From assembly GCA_965219455.1 (NCBI GenBank), contig OZ244744.1, positions 2,752,001 to 2,816,000 on the forward strand: a stretch of DNA of 64,000 nt. The letters are read 5' to 3'. A model generated the notes under the pieces. The model was not told the origin of the DNA. It searched no databases and saw only the letters and a program-made list of their open reading frames with translations. The DNA is from Candidatus Latescibacterota bacterium (lineage in GTDB: Bacteria > Latescibacterota > UBA2968 > GCA-2709665). This document shows, piece by piece, positions 9,106 to 18,285 of this stretch (the first letter of the stretch is position 1; each line of letters starts with the position of its first letter). The position numbers and the translations under genes are program-made.

Positions 9106-9882
9106 ATGCCCGTAAAAAACGCCCGCAAGATCCTTGCGCTAATCAGGAACCGCAAGGCGCGAGACCGCGAAGGTCAATTCGTTATCGAAGGCATTCGCCT
9201 TGTCGAAGAAGCCCTCCTGTCAGACGCTCCGATCGAGCAACTGATCTTCGACCGGGATACCCTCAAGGTCGACAGACGCCTGCAGCAGTTTCGCCGCGAG
9301 GCGACGTTCCGGGATATATCCGTCCAGCAGACAGATCGTCGCGCGATCAGAAATATGGGCGAACACCAGAATCCCGAAGGCGTGCTGGGCGTCGTGCGAT
9401 TTCTTGCGAGAAAACGGGATGAGGCTCTGGACGGGAGCGGACCTCTCCTTCTTTTCGACCGGTTGCGCGACCCCAACAACCTCGGCCTGGTTCTTCGCAC
9501 CGCCGAGGCCGCCGGCGCGGCCGCCATTTTCCTGTCTCCCGGTTCCGTCGAACTCTACAATTCCAAAGTTGTGCGCGCCTCCCGGGGGTCCATTTTTCGC
9601 TTTCCCGTCTTTGGAAACGAAGATCTGCCCACGCTGATCAGGGAACTGCGGCATCGTGATGTCCGCATTCTCTCCACCCAACTTCGGGGCACGCCATTCT
9701 ACAAGGTCAAACAGAAAGGCCGCATCGCCTTTCTGTTCGGCAACGAGACCTTTGGCGTCGACCCGGATCTCCAGAGCCGCGTTCACCAGACCATCTCCAT
9801 ACCCATGGCTGAAGGCACGAATTCTCTCAACGTGGCCGTTGCCGCGGGCATTCTGTTGTTCAAACATAGAGAACCGGCCTGA
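9106..9882 (+). CDS. TrmH/SpoU family RNA methyltransferase
   Basis: FVIEG.RLVEEAL, LRDPNNLG.VLRTA, FGNETFG, IPM....NSLNVAVAAGI. Confidence 0.93.
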   Translation: MPVKNARKILALIRNRKARDREGQFVIEGIRLVEEALLSDAPIEQLIFDRDTLKVDRRLQQFRREATFRDISVQQTDRRAIRNMGEHQNPEGVLGVVRFLARKRDEALDGSGPLLLFDRLRDPNNLGLVLRTAEAAGAAAIFLSPGSVELYNSKVVRASRGSIFRFPVFGNEDLPTLIRELRHRDVRILSTQLRGTPFYKVKQKGRIAFLFGNETFGVDPDLQSRVHQTISIPMAEGTNSLNVAVAAGILLFKHREPA

Positions 9883-9887
9883 CACCG

Positions 9888-9920
9888 GAAGCGCCCGGCG
9901 GATGTCCCGCCGGGCGCTTC
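9888..9920. terminator. Strong hairpin between convergent genes
   Basis: GAAGCGCCCGGCGG-ATGTC-CCGCCGGGCGCTTC, 14-bp perfect stem. Confidence 0.7.
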
Positions 9921-9970
9921 AACTTCCTGTGCCATTCCCTGTTGAGAAGAAGGGCGATGGGGGCGACGTC

Positions 9971-11305
9971 TTAATATACCGCGGATGTCAAGGACCCCCG
10001 GTTTGACTCGTCACGGTATGCCTCGTACAGATGCGGACGGCGCTGCATCCAGTTCACCTCCCTGAAGCACCCCCCATTCCAGGTCCGAAACCCGTCCGCC
10101 AGATCCACCATTGCCAGAATATGGTCGCAATCTCCCTCGTTCCACGCCAGGATGTCGCCTTTTCTATCCACGACACAGCTGCCCTGCGTCGTATTCCGTG
10201 CAACCACCATACACACCTGATTGTCCATTGCTCGGGTTCGCATGATGGCCTTCCAGCGGTCCTCGCTGAAGATCGGCGATCCCGGACTCCACCTGCTGGC
10301 GCGGTGATCGCCCATGATTGGCAACAGGAGGAAGTCGGCCCCGCTCAATCCCACCATCCGTGAGGATTCCGCGGCCGAGCTGTCCATACAGATATTGCAT
10401 CCGATGCGTCCGATTACCGTATCGAACATTGGAAACCCGTCACCGGGAAGAATCCCGGACTCGCTCTCGCCACCCACGGCCAGATGCACCTTTCGATACC
10501 TGCCATCCACCGCGCCGTCCGGGCCGAACAGCGCCGCCGTATTGTGAACCGCGTCGCCATCTCGCTCAATCAGGCCCAGCAGCAGGTACAGCCCGTGTTG
10601 GCGGGCAAGATCCGCAAACGGCTCCGTTTCCGGGCCTGGCAACGGTACCGCCAGATCGATGGGACTCCCTGAAATCCCCCACTGCAGGGCGATTTCCGGC
10701 AAAACAATCAGGTCCGGCCCCGTTTCACACGCCGCCTCGCACAGCGGCAGATAATAGTCGATATTTTCGGCAACGGCGGTAAAGGGTCCCTTCCGCGATC
10801 CCGCCTTGCCGGTTACCACCGCCACCTTTACCGTAGCGGGCATTTCCGGCGCCTCTACGGCCTTTACCTCGGGCAGATGCCACTCGGACTCACCTGCGGT
10901 TGTCCACCGGAACGTGCAGCGCAACGTCAACCGGCTGGCCCCTTCGGGAGCAGTGAACGTCCGGGAAAACCGGATCGTTCCCGTTCCGACCGGCTCCGGC
11001 AGCAGGTAGTCCCAACCCTGAATTTCACCTGTACGCACCGTCGCGTCGTCCGGAGGCATCTCTCCCCAATAGGATTTGCAACGCAGCGTGTCCCTGGGGT
11101 GTTCCAGAGCCCTGTAGTCCACTTCCCAGGTCGCCCGGAGCGTTCGACCCGGTTCGACCCCCGAGAATACCGCCTGCCACCCACCCACGCACGTCCGCGT
11201 TCCGTTGGCAGCCGCCGCGAACGTATCTCCGCCCCGCTCGGTCAACGGCGCGGCAGAAGGATGCGGTGCCCAGGACTCAATCCTTTCCAGTTTCAGATCG
11301 GCCAT
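9971..11305 (-). CDS. Carbon-nitrogen hydrolase (nitrilase superfamily) with N-terminal beta-rich domain
   Basis: Triad motifs IVLPE, YRKVH, NICMD; RAMDNQ; ~150 aa N-terminal extension. Confidence 0.88.
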   Translation of the reverse strand: MADLKLERIESWAPHPSAAPLTERGGDTFAAAANGTRTCVGGWQAVFSGVEPGRTLRATWEVDYRALEHPRDTLRCKSYWGEMPPDDATVRTGEIQGWDYLLPEPVGTGTIRFSRTFTAPEGASRLTLRCTFRWTTAGESEWHLPEVKAVEAPEMPATVKVAVVTGKAGSRKGPFTAVAENIDYYLPLCEAACETGPDLIVLPEIALQWGISGSPIDLAVPLPGPETEPFADLARQHGLYLLLGLIERDGDAVHNTAALFGPDGAVDGRYRKVHLAVGGESESGILPGDGFPMFDTVIGRIGCNICMDSSAAESSRMVGLSGADFLLLPIMGDHRASRWSPGSPIFSEDRWKAIMRTRAMDNQVCMVVARNTTQGSCVVDRKGDILAWNEGDCDHILAMVDLADGFRTWNGGCFREVNWMQRRPHLYEAYRDESNRGSLTSAVY

Positions 11306-11358
11306 TTTTTTCTCCCCACCGGTTAACAGCAGTTCAGTTCCCGATGATTGTGGGCCCC

Positions 11359-12462
11359 CTACCGCTGATCACCGGCTTTCAATACTTCATCCACAAACGC
11401 ATATGCCTGCTCGCGGATATCCGGCGGAAACGCGTGTTCCGCGTCGGGATGTACCGCAAGCAGGCGGTCGGAGGCGCCCAGCAGCGCGTAGACAGGCGCG
11501 GCCGCCCGGACACAGTCTTTCACACCGGATACTTCAAAATTCCCGTCTCGCACGGGGGCGTTGATGAAAAAGCCCCGCGGCGCGAGGGCGGCAACCACCT
11601 CTGTAAAGTCGAACGGCATCTGCTTCGGGTCTTTGCCGTACCGTTCTGAAATAAGGGGCATATAACCCCGATGGCTCCAGCCCGTCAGGTTGCCATTGTA
11701 ATATTTGAAGAATGAATTAAAACCGCAACTGGATACGACGACCTTTAACCGCGGATCGAATGCGGACAGAAACATGGAATTGTGACCGCCCAGGGAATGC
11801 CCGATACTTCCGACCCGCCGGGCGTCCACTTCCGGCAGCGCCTGCAGCAGGTCGACGGCCCGCATGTGGTTCCAGATTCCCTTCATCGTGGCGCTGGCAT
11901 ATCCATTTTTATATGGGTCGAATTCGTACTCTCCAAAATTCACATAGTCCGGTGCCAGCGTTACGTACCCTCTCCGGGCAAGTTCCAGCGCATAGTGCAG
12001 ATCGGGGTTGCCACCGGCTCCCGCGGGTTCTCCCTTGCCGATCTTCGTTGTCTGATGCAAGCACAACATTGCCGGCGTCTTGCCAGTCAAGCCCTTCGGG
12101 ACCAGCAGGTACGCCGGCACGCGATCCCCCGGTTCCGACACGAACGTGATCTTCTTCCGCATCACGTCGCCCAGGTCTTCGGTACCCACCACGTCCATCT
12201 CCAGAGCAGGAAGGTTGGAACGGTCGGGAAGGGGTCCCATCACCATTTCCATATTCGCAAGAATATGCGCCCGCCGATTCTTCCAGTCCTCCGCGTTCGT
12301 TACCGACTGCTCCGTGCCCTCTCCATCCACGTAGACCAGCATCTTCATCTTATCCTCGTCGAACGGCGGCCCCTGCCCGGCGTTCGGGACGCCAACCAAT
12401 ATCACGCCCCCAAAAACGAGCCGGACCGCCCATCGTGAAAACTTCGTCAGAAAAATTGGCAT
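11359..12462 (-). CDS. Exported alpha/beta hydrolase (dienelactone hydrolase/acetylxylan esterase-like)
   Basis: Signal-like N-terminus, VPAYLLVP, LCLHQT, GHSLGG nucleophile elbow, C-terminal His (EHAF). Confidence 0.85.
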   Translation of the reverse strand: MPIFLTKFSRWAVRLVFGGVILVGVPNAGQGPPFDEDKMKMLVYVDGEGTEQSVTNAEDWKNRRAHILANMEMVMGPLPDRSNLPALEMDVVGTEDLGDVMRKKITFVSEPGDRVPAYLLVPKGLTGKTPAMLCLHQTTKIGKGEPAGAGGNPDLHYALELARRGYVTLAPDYVNFGEYEFDPYKNGYASATMKGIWNHMRAVDLLQALPEVDARRVGSIGHSLGGHNSMFLSAFDPRLKVVVSSCGFNSFFKYYNGNLTGWSHRGYMPLISERYGKDPKQMPFDFTEVVAALAPRGFFINAPVRDGNFEVSGVKDCVRAAAPVYALLGASDRLLAVHPDAEHAFPPDIREQAYAFVDEVLKAGDQR

Positions 12463-12530
12463 TGACTATCAGATCCTCCATCCGACTGTTGAAAATCACC
12501 ATGTCCGATTCCGGATTCCCCACGCACGTT

Positions 12531-13310
12531 TCAGCGGGCCGTCCATCCCCCGTCTACAAACAACGACGTTCCCGTCACGTAGGTCGAAGCGTCACTGGCG
12601 AGGAACAGCGCCGCACCTCGAATCTCGCGCAATTCGCCCCAGCGATTGAACGCCGTCTGGCTGAGCAGACTCTTTACCTTGTCGGGTGTCTTCAAAAGCG
12701 GCCTATTGATCTCTGTCAGAAACGGCCCGGGGCAAAGCGCGTTGCACCGCACCCCGAACGGCGCCCATTCCAGCGCGAGCGCCCGCGTCAGTCCGGCGAT
12801 CCCGGCCTTGGACGAACAGTATGCCGAGCGTTCGGCCAGGCCTACGGCGCTCAGCGTCGACCCCACGTTAATCACCGATCCGCTTTTCTGAGACGTCATT
12901 ATCGGTCCCGCGGCCCTGCAGCAGAGCCAGGAACCGGTAAGATTGGTATCGATGACCTGCTTGAATTCATCGACCGGAAAACGACTTATGGGATGCCGGA
13001 TGTTGATTCCCGCGCAGTTGACGAGAACATCCAGCCGCCCAAAGCGATCCGTAACGACTTGCATCAGGCGGGCCACGTCCTCTTCCACCGTCACGTCGAC
13101 GGCCAGCCCCAGGATCTCCCGCCCCGTCTGCGCCGCGATCTCCACCGCAACCGATTCGCAGTCCGCCCCGTTTCTCGAACAGACCACGGTTGCGGCGCCC
13201 GCCTCGGCCAGCGCCAGCGCCATCTCCCTTCCCAGGCCCTTCGATCCTCCGGTAGTCAGGGCCACGCGCCCATCCAGCCGAAAAAGATCAAGCGTTTTTG
13301 GCTCTTCCAT
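12531..13310 (-). CDS. SDR family oxidoreductase
   Basis: TGGSKGLG, VLVNCAG, YCSSK, NALCPG, LFVDGG; start at ATG 13310 after GGAGG. Confidence 0.93.
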   Translation of the reverse strand: MEEPKTLDLFRLDGRVALTTGGSKGLGREMALALAEAGAATVVCSRNGADCESVAVEIAAQTGREILGLAVDVTVEEDVARLMQVVTDRFGRLDVLVNCAGINIRHPISRFPVDEFKQVIDTNLTGSWLCCRAAGPIMTSQKSGSVINVGSTLSAVGLAERSAYCSSKAGIAGLTRALALEWAPFGVRCNALCPGPFLTEINRPLLKTPDKVKSLLSQTAFNRWGELREIRGAALFLASDASTYVTGTSLFVDGGWTAR

Positions 13311-13360
13311 ATCCGCCTCCGCAGCTGGTGTTCTGTCCCGGAAATAGGTCACCATTCGTC

Positions 13361-13396
13361 CGCCTGTCTGCGTGCAGGTCTTCCGCACGGGCAGGC
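13361..13396. repeat. REP-like imperfect palindrome, related to 403-442
   Basis: CGCCTGTCTGCGTGC..GCACGGGCAGGC. Confidence 0.55.
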
Positions 13397-13427
13397 CGGT
13401 TCATCCCATCTCGCAGCGTTGTTTACA

Positions 13428-13474
13428 CTGAGCCTGTCGAAGTGCTTGCGCTGCCTGTGCTGAGCCTGTCGAAG
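13428..13474. repeat. Two direct copies of CTGAGCCTGTCGAAG (REP-like)
   Basis: Exact 15-mer at 13428-13442 and 13460-13474. Confidence 0.75.
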
Positions 13475-13509
13475 GATGCGAGCCGGGCGGCTCGTCGGTT
13501 CGAAGGCGA

Positions 13510-14631
13510 TCACAGGGATTGCTCCGGCGACAGTTCGCCGAGGACCGACCTCAATATCCCGGCAAACGACCTCCGCTCCGCAGGTGTCCCCACCGTTACC
13601 CTGAAACACCTGTCCAGAGGCGCCGCCGCCGGTTTGCGCACAAATGCGCCGTGTTTTTGCAGTGTCTCCAGAATCGTATTCGCGCGTGCCGCGGTTCCCG
13701 CATCGAATGCCACAAAATTCGTGGCCGAGGGCAACGTGGGCAAGCCGAGACTCTCCCCAAGCCGCGCATAGTCGGACCGTCCTTCAACAACCGAATTCAC
13801 CACGTGCGCCACGAAATCCGAATCTTCAAGCGAGGCCAGCGCCCCCGCCTGTGCGACGCGATTCACGCCATAGTGGTGCCGCACCTTCTCAAGCGCCTCC
13901 ACAACGACTGCGTCTGCAACTGCATATCCGATCCGCGCCCCTGCCATTCCGTGCGCCTTGGAGAACGTGCGCATGCGAATGATACGTGGCTGGATCGGCA
14001 CCATTGGCAGTGGCGGGTCCTGGATGGCGAACTCCGAATACGCTTCGTCCAGAATCAGCAGACACCGCTCCGGAAGTGTTTTTTCAAATGCCCTGATGTT
14101 CGCCGCCGTATGCCACGTGCCCGCCGGGTTGTCCGGATTGGACAGATACACCAACCGCGCTTCGGTCTTTTTGGCCACTCCGGCCAGTCTCTCCAGGTCG
14201 TTTCGGTCGTCCCGGTAAGGCACGAAATGCAAGAGGCCGCCGAACCCCTTTACGTGGTAGTTGAATGTCGGATAAGCCCCCAGAGACGTCACGACCGTCT
14301 CGCCAGGCTCCACAAAAACCCGCACGACAAGCCCCAGCAGGTCGTCGATTCCGCTGCCCACGCTGACATTTTCAAACGGAACTCCGTGAAATCCGGCAAT
14401 TGCGGCGCGAATTTCGTAATTTTCCGGATCGTTGTACCAGCTCACCCGCTCGACCGCCCGGAACATCGCCTCACGCGCCCGCGGGGAAGTACCAAACGCG
14501 CTTTCGTTGGCCCCGACCCTCATCCTGAAAACCTCTCCGCGTCGACGCTCCAGCGCTTCAGGCCCTACGAAGGGCACGGTTACGGGCAAACCGCGCACAA
14601 TTCGGGTAAGTGGAAACCCGCCATCCATCAT
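13510..14631 (-). CDS. PLP-dependent aminotransferase class I/II (HisC-like)
   Basis: GANES, YLSNPDNPAG, LDEAY, RTFSKAHGMAGARIGY, RVTVG. Confidence 0.9.
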   Translation of the reverse strand: MMDGGFPLTRIVRGLPVTVPFVGPEALERRRGEVFRMRVGANESAFGTSPRAREAMFRAVERVSWYNDPENYEIRAAIAGFHGVPFENVSVGSGIDDLLGLVVRVFVEPGETVVTSLGAYPTFNYHVKGFGGLLHFVPYRDDRNDLERLAGVAKKTEARLVYLSNPDNPAGTWHTAANIRAFEKTLPERCLLILDEAYSEFAIQDPPLPMVPIQPRIIRMRTFSKAHGMAGARIGYAVADAVVVEALEKVRHHYGVNRVAQAGALASLEDSDFVAHVVNSVVEGRSDYARLGESLGLPTLPSATNFVAFDAGTAARANTILETLQKHGAFVRKPAAAPLDRCFRVTVGTPAERRSFAGILRSVLGELSPEQSL

Positions 14632-14667
14632 CCGGTCTCCGTTGCCAGAAAGTCTCCGTCGTACCGC

Positions 14668-15165
14668 TCAAAACTCGATACGGAAACGCATGCGGAATTC
14701 CATTCCTTCCTCGCCGGGTTCGATTTGTACTTCCCCCCAGTCAACCTGGTCCAGGTGCGCATCCACATACGCGTCGCCCATACTGAATAGGATAAGGCCA
14801 ATGGTGGTATACAGAAAGATATTTCGTTCCGGGGATGCATCGACCGATGGGCGCTGATTCAACTGTCCCCGGCGAACAAAAAACGCCACCGTGGAACTCA
14901 CCTGCGCGGTGGCGATCAAGCTTCCCTTTAAGGGGCGGCGGTTATAAAACTGCCCCCATCCCGGCAGCGCCAGCGACCGCAACATGGCCCCCCGCGCGGA
15001 CCGGGCCTCGCTCACACTGTCCACCGCGGTCGAATCCGGACCTTCGGCGGCAGCTGGAACGACCCATGCGAAAATTGCCATTCCCGCCACGAACGCCAGA
15101 ATCTTTGCGGAAGAACTTCCACAATCCGGCTTCGGGGGTTTCCGGTTCCAGGCCTCGCGCTTCAC
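14668..15165 (-). CDS. DUF5683-like membrane protein
   Basis: AMLRSLALPGWGQFYN..K and DAYVDAHL motifs. Confidence 0.75.
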   Translation of the reverse strand: MKREAWNRKPPKPDCGSSSAKILAFVAGMAIFAWVVPAAAEGPDSTAVDSVSEARSARGAMLRSLALPGWGQFYNRRPLKGSLIATAQVSSTVAFFVRRGQLNQRPSVDASPERNIFLYTTIGLILFSMGDAYVDAHLDQVDWGEVQIEPGEEGMEFRMRFRIEF

Positions 15166-15168
15166 GAT

Positions 15169-16107
15169 TCATGCTCCACTCGCCAATCTTGCCGCGCCCA
15201 GAATCCCCGCGTCGTCTCCCAGCTTACCCGCCACGATTTGCACGCTCTCCTTCACGCCGACCGTACCGCGCTCCTGAAAGGTCCTTCTGACAGGCTCAAA
15301 CAGCCGTTCTCCGGCGCGCGCGAGCCCACCGCACAACGCCACCACTTCCACGTTCGTCACACTCACAAGACTCACGAGCCCTATTCCCAGCAACTTGCCC
15401 GTCTCTTCAAACATGGCGCGGGCAAACCCGTCACCCGCCTCCGCTGCCTCGAAAATCGCCTGTGTGGTCAGGCCGTCTGCGACCAGCACGGTATCCGGCG
15501 TTTCCGTTTCAAGTCGCTCACGGGCCCGTCTCACCATCGCCGTCGCGGAAACGTAGAGCTCCAGGCAGCCATAATTTCCGCAAGGACAACGGGGTCCGTT
15601 CCAATTGATCGTTATGTGGCCCACCTCCGCCGCATTGCCGTTGAACCCGTGCATCAATTCGCCGTTGCACACCCAGCCACCGCCAACTCCGGTGCCCAGC
15701 GTCACACACAAAAAATGAGGCGCCTTCCTGCCGGCGCCCTGCCACTGCTCGCCAAAAGCCGCGAGATTTGCATCGTTGTCCACGACCACCGGCATTTCGA
15801 GCGCCGTCTCCAACCGGTCTCTCAGACGTACCCCGTGCATGCACGGCATGTTCTCGGGAGAAATGATAACGCCATTAAACGGATCCAACGGACCCGGGGC
15901 CCCAACGCCCACGCCGCGCACTTCCAGTCCGCCCGCCTGGAGCAGCACCTGCCGGACGCACCTCGCGATACCTGCAATCACACGATCACTGCCCAGGTCG
16001 GGCCGGGTGGGACATCGGAAACGCGCCACGATTTTGCCCGTGTCCGTCACCAGACCCGCGCGGGTGTTGGTTCCGCCCAGGTCGACGCCGACGGTCAGTG
16101 CGTTCAC
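15169..16107 (-). CDS. ROK family sugar kinase (glucokinase-like)
   Basis: GVDLGGT, DNDAN, TLGTGVGGG, AEVGH, CPCGNYGCLE; GTG start overlaps the eda stop. Confidence 0.92.
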   Translation of the reverse strand: MNALTVGVDLGGTNTRAGLVTDTGKIVARFRCPTRPDLGSDRVIAGIARCVRQVLLQAGGLEVRGVGVGAPGPLDPFNGVIISPENMPCMHGVRLRDRLETALEMPVVVDNDANLAAFGEQWQGAGRKAPHFLCVTLGTGVGGGWVCNGELMHGFNGNAAEVGHITINWNGPRCPCGNYGCLELYVSATAMVRRARERLETETPDTVLVADGLTTQAIFEAAEAGDGFARAMFEETGKLLGIGLVSLVSVTNVEVVALCGGLARAGERLFEPVRRTFQERGTVGVKESVQIVAGKLGDDAGILGAARLASGA

Positions 16108-16745
16108 ATCTCTGCCCGCGCCTGTTTCACGGCGTCCACAAACGCCCGGGCGGTCGCCGTCAACGTGGCCCAATCCCTGTCTGCCACCGCCCGTTTATCC
16201 ACCATCGCGCTTCCGGCCCCCACGGCGCACGCACCCGCCTTGATAAATTCCGGGGTCGTCCTGGCGTCGACCCCGCCTGTCGGCATCAACCGCACCTGGG
16301 GCAGCGGACCCTTCACATCTTTAAAATAGGACGGGCCGCCGACACCCGCAGGGAACACCTTCACCACGTCGGCCCCGGCCTGCCATGCGGCAAGAATCTC
16401 CGTAGGCGTGAACCCCGCCGGCATCACCACCTTTCCGTAACGCCTGGCCATCGTGATGACATCCAGGTTCAACGTGGGCCCGACCACGTACTCCGCGCCT
16501 GCCAGGATGGCAGCGCGCGCCGTCTCCGGGTCCAGGACGGATCCGACACCCACAATCGTATCTTCCATTTTCGCCGACGCTTCCTCAATGACCTTGAGCG
16601 CCCCGGGAACCGTCATCGTTACTTCAATGGCAACCACGCCGCCTTCCCGCAACGCTTTGGATACATCCATCAGTTCCGCGGGCGAATCCGCCCTCAGCAC
16701 CGCCACCACACCACAGTCTATAATTCGATCCAGCACACCGGCCAT
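16104..16745 (-). CDS. eda: KDPG/KHG aldolase
   Basis: VVAVLR, IEVT, GVGSVL, TPTE, VKVFPA, MPTGGV. Confidence 0.93.
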   Translation of the reverse strand: MAGVLDRIIDCGVVAVLRADSPAELMDVSKALREGGVVAIEVTMTVPGALKVIEEASAKMEDTIVGVGSVLDPETARAAILAGAEYVVGPTLNLDVITMARRYGKVVMPAGFTPTEILAAWQAGADVVKVFPAGVGGPSYFKDVKGPLPQVRLMPTGGVDARTTPEFIKAGACAVGAGSAMVDKRAVADRDWATLTATARAFVDAVKQARAEM

Positions 16746-16775
16746 GGGATACTCTCCTCTGTCTGTCCGATCGAC

Positions 16776-17819
16776 CTACCGCCTGATTCTGGCTGCCGCG
16801 CCCTTCATGGCGGATTCCGCCTCCGCCCGGGTCGCCCAGTTTACGTCGCCCGGGAAGGTATGGGCAAGCGCTGAATACGCGCCGGCGAAATCCACCGCCG
16901 CCTGGGGACCCGCCCCCTCGATCAATCCGGCAATCAGACCGGCTGAGAAACTATCGCCCCCACCCACGCGGTCGACCATCTCCAGATCCTCGTAGATTCG
17001 AGACAGGTAGAACGCGTCACCGTCGAACAAAAGGGTACGCCAGTCGTTCAGCAGTCCGGTCTTCGCAACCCTCAGCGTTGTGCCCACGTAGTCCACGTTG
17101 GGATACCGTTCGACCGCCCGCCGCGCCACGTCCTTGTAGTTATCGGGATCCAGGCGACTGTAGTCATCCTTCGATCCCTCCGCCTTCAACCCCAGCACCT
17201 TCTCAAAGTCCTCCTCGTTGCCAATCAGTACTTTGACCAGCGGAATAATCCTGCTGGTGGTTTCCTGGGCTTTTTCGGAACTCCACAGCTTCGACCGGAA
17301 GTTCAAGTCATAGCTCGTGGTTACCCCCGCTTCGCCGGCGGCCGCCAGGGCTTCCAGCGTCGTATCCGCGGCACTGTCCGAAAGCGCCGGCGTGATGCCG
17401 CTGACGTGAAACCATTTCGCGCCATCAAAATTGGACCTCCAGTCCACCATGCCCGGTTCGATTTTAGAAATCGCCGAATGCGCCCGGTCGTAGGTCACCG
17501 CGCTGGCCCGGGGCCCGACGCCCAGTTCGACATGGTAAAATCCATTCCGTTCGATACCGACACCATCAAAATCCACCCAGTGTATATTGGACATGTCCAC
17601 GCCGTGTTCTCGACCCCTGTTCCGGATGATCCATCCCGTCCAATTGTCCACCAACCGGGATACCCACGCCGCGTTCAGCCCCAAATGAGCGCATGCTACC
17701 GCCACGTTGTATTCGCCTCCGCCTACCTCAACATCCAAACGGGTGGAATTCTCCATCCGGCGGTATCCCGGCGACGACAACCGGATCATCGCCTCCCCGA
17801 AGGTTACCACGTCGTACAT
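16776..17819 (-). CDS. kdgK: 2-keto-3-deoxygluconate kinase (PfkB family)
   Basis: FGEAMIRL, GGGEYNVA, SGITPAL, DLNFRSKLW, VDRVGGGDSF; adjacent to eda. Confidence 0.88.
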   Translation of the reverse strand: MYDVVTFGEAMIRLSSPGYRRMENSTRLDVEVGGGEYNVAVACAHLGLNAAWVSRLVDNWTGWIIRNRGREHGVDMSNIHWVDFDGVGIERNGFYHVELGVGPRASAVTYDRAHSAISKIEPGMVDWRSNFDGAKWFHVSGITPALSDSAADTTLEALAAAGEAGVTTSYDLNFRSKLWSSEKAQETTSRIIPLVKVLIGNEEDFEKVLGLKAEGSKDDYSRLDPDNYKDVARRAVERYPNVDYVGTTLRVAKTGLLNDWRTLLFDGDAFYLSRIYEDLEMVDRVGGGDSFSAGLIAGLIEGAGPQAAVDFAGAYSALAHTFPGDVNWATRAEAESAMKGAAARIRR

Positions 17820-17833
17820 TGCTTCCCTCCTTA

Positions 17834-17926
17834 GAAGCTGTTTTAAAATTCCCAGCGGTCTTCCCGCCTTGACCGCCGCTTTTTCGCTCGCGCTCGGGAA
17901 CTCACCGGTAATTTAAAAACAGCTTC
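17834..17926. mobile_element. 93-bp MITE-like element with IS5-like terminal inverted repeats
   Basis: GAAGCTGTTTTAAAATT ... AATTTAAAAACAGCTTC (16/17 inverted match), flanked by TTA and CTAA. Confidence 0.65.
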
Positions 17927-17966
17927 CTAAAAAAACCACGGCTTTGAGGGTACCAGGGCGGGGTTC

Positions 17967-18223
17967 TCATTCGTCGCTCCCGCCCAGAAGGCCGGAAAGG
18001 ATCAACAGCCGAAACAGATGAAGCACCGCCACCAGCGCCGAGGCCACATAGGTCCACGCCGCCGCAGAATGTCGCGGGCAACCTGGTCCGCGGTCCATCC
18101 GCTTCGGGAACCGAATTCATCATATCTGGCGAATGTTCGCTTGACCTTAAACTGCGCCCACAGCGCCAGGATGAACCCGGGAATCACAAGAATCAGTGTC
18201 GGGTCCCAGAAAAGAGGAAACAT
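17967..18223 (-). pseudogene. YugP-like neutral zinc metallopeptidase with internal deletion and frameshift
   Basis: N-terminus (WAQFKVKRTFARY...SGWTADQVARDIL) joins out of frame to the C-terminus (AAAWTYVASALVAVLHLFRLLIL..SDE*); the HEXXH core is absent. Confidence 0.85.
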
Positions 18224-18285
18224 AAACGCAACACGTCCTTCGCTTTTTACCGAAAAGACTTGCGAAAAGGATCCTGTGATGCCTA

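Noticed and set aside
13519-14790. Long antisense ORFs (e.g. 423 aa here, also 12435-13463, 15238-16329, 44502-45722, 52223-53503, 57391-58701, 61550-62938)
   Set aside because: They shadow well-supported genes on the opposite strand and have no motifs; expected in GC-rich DNA
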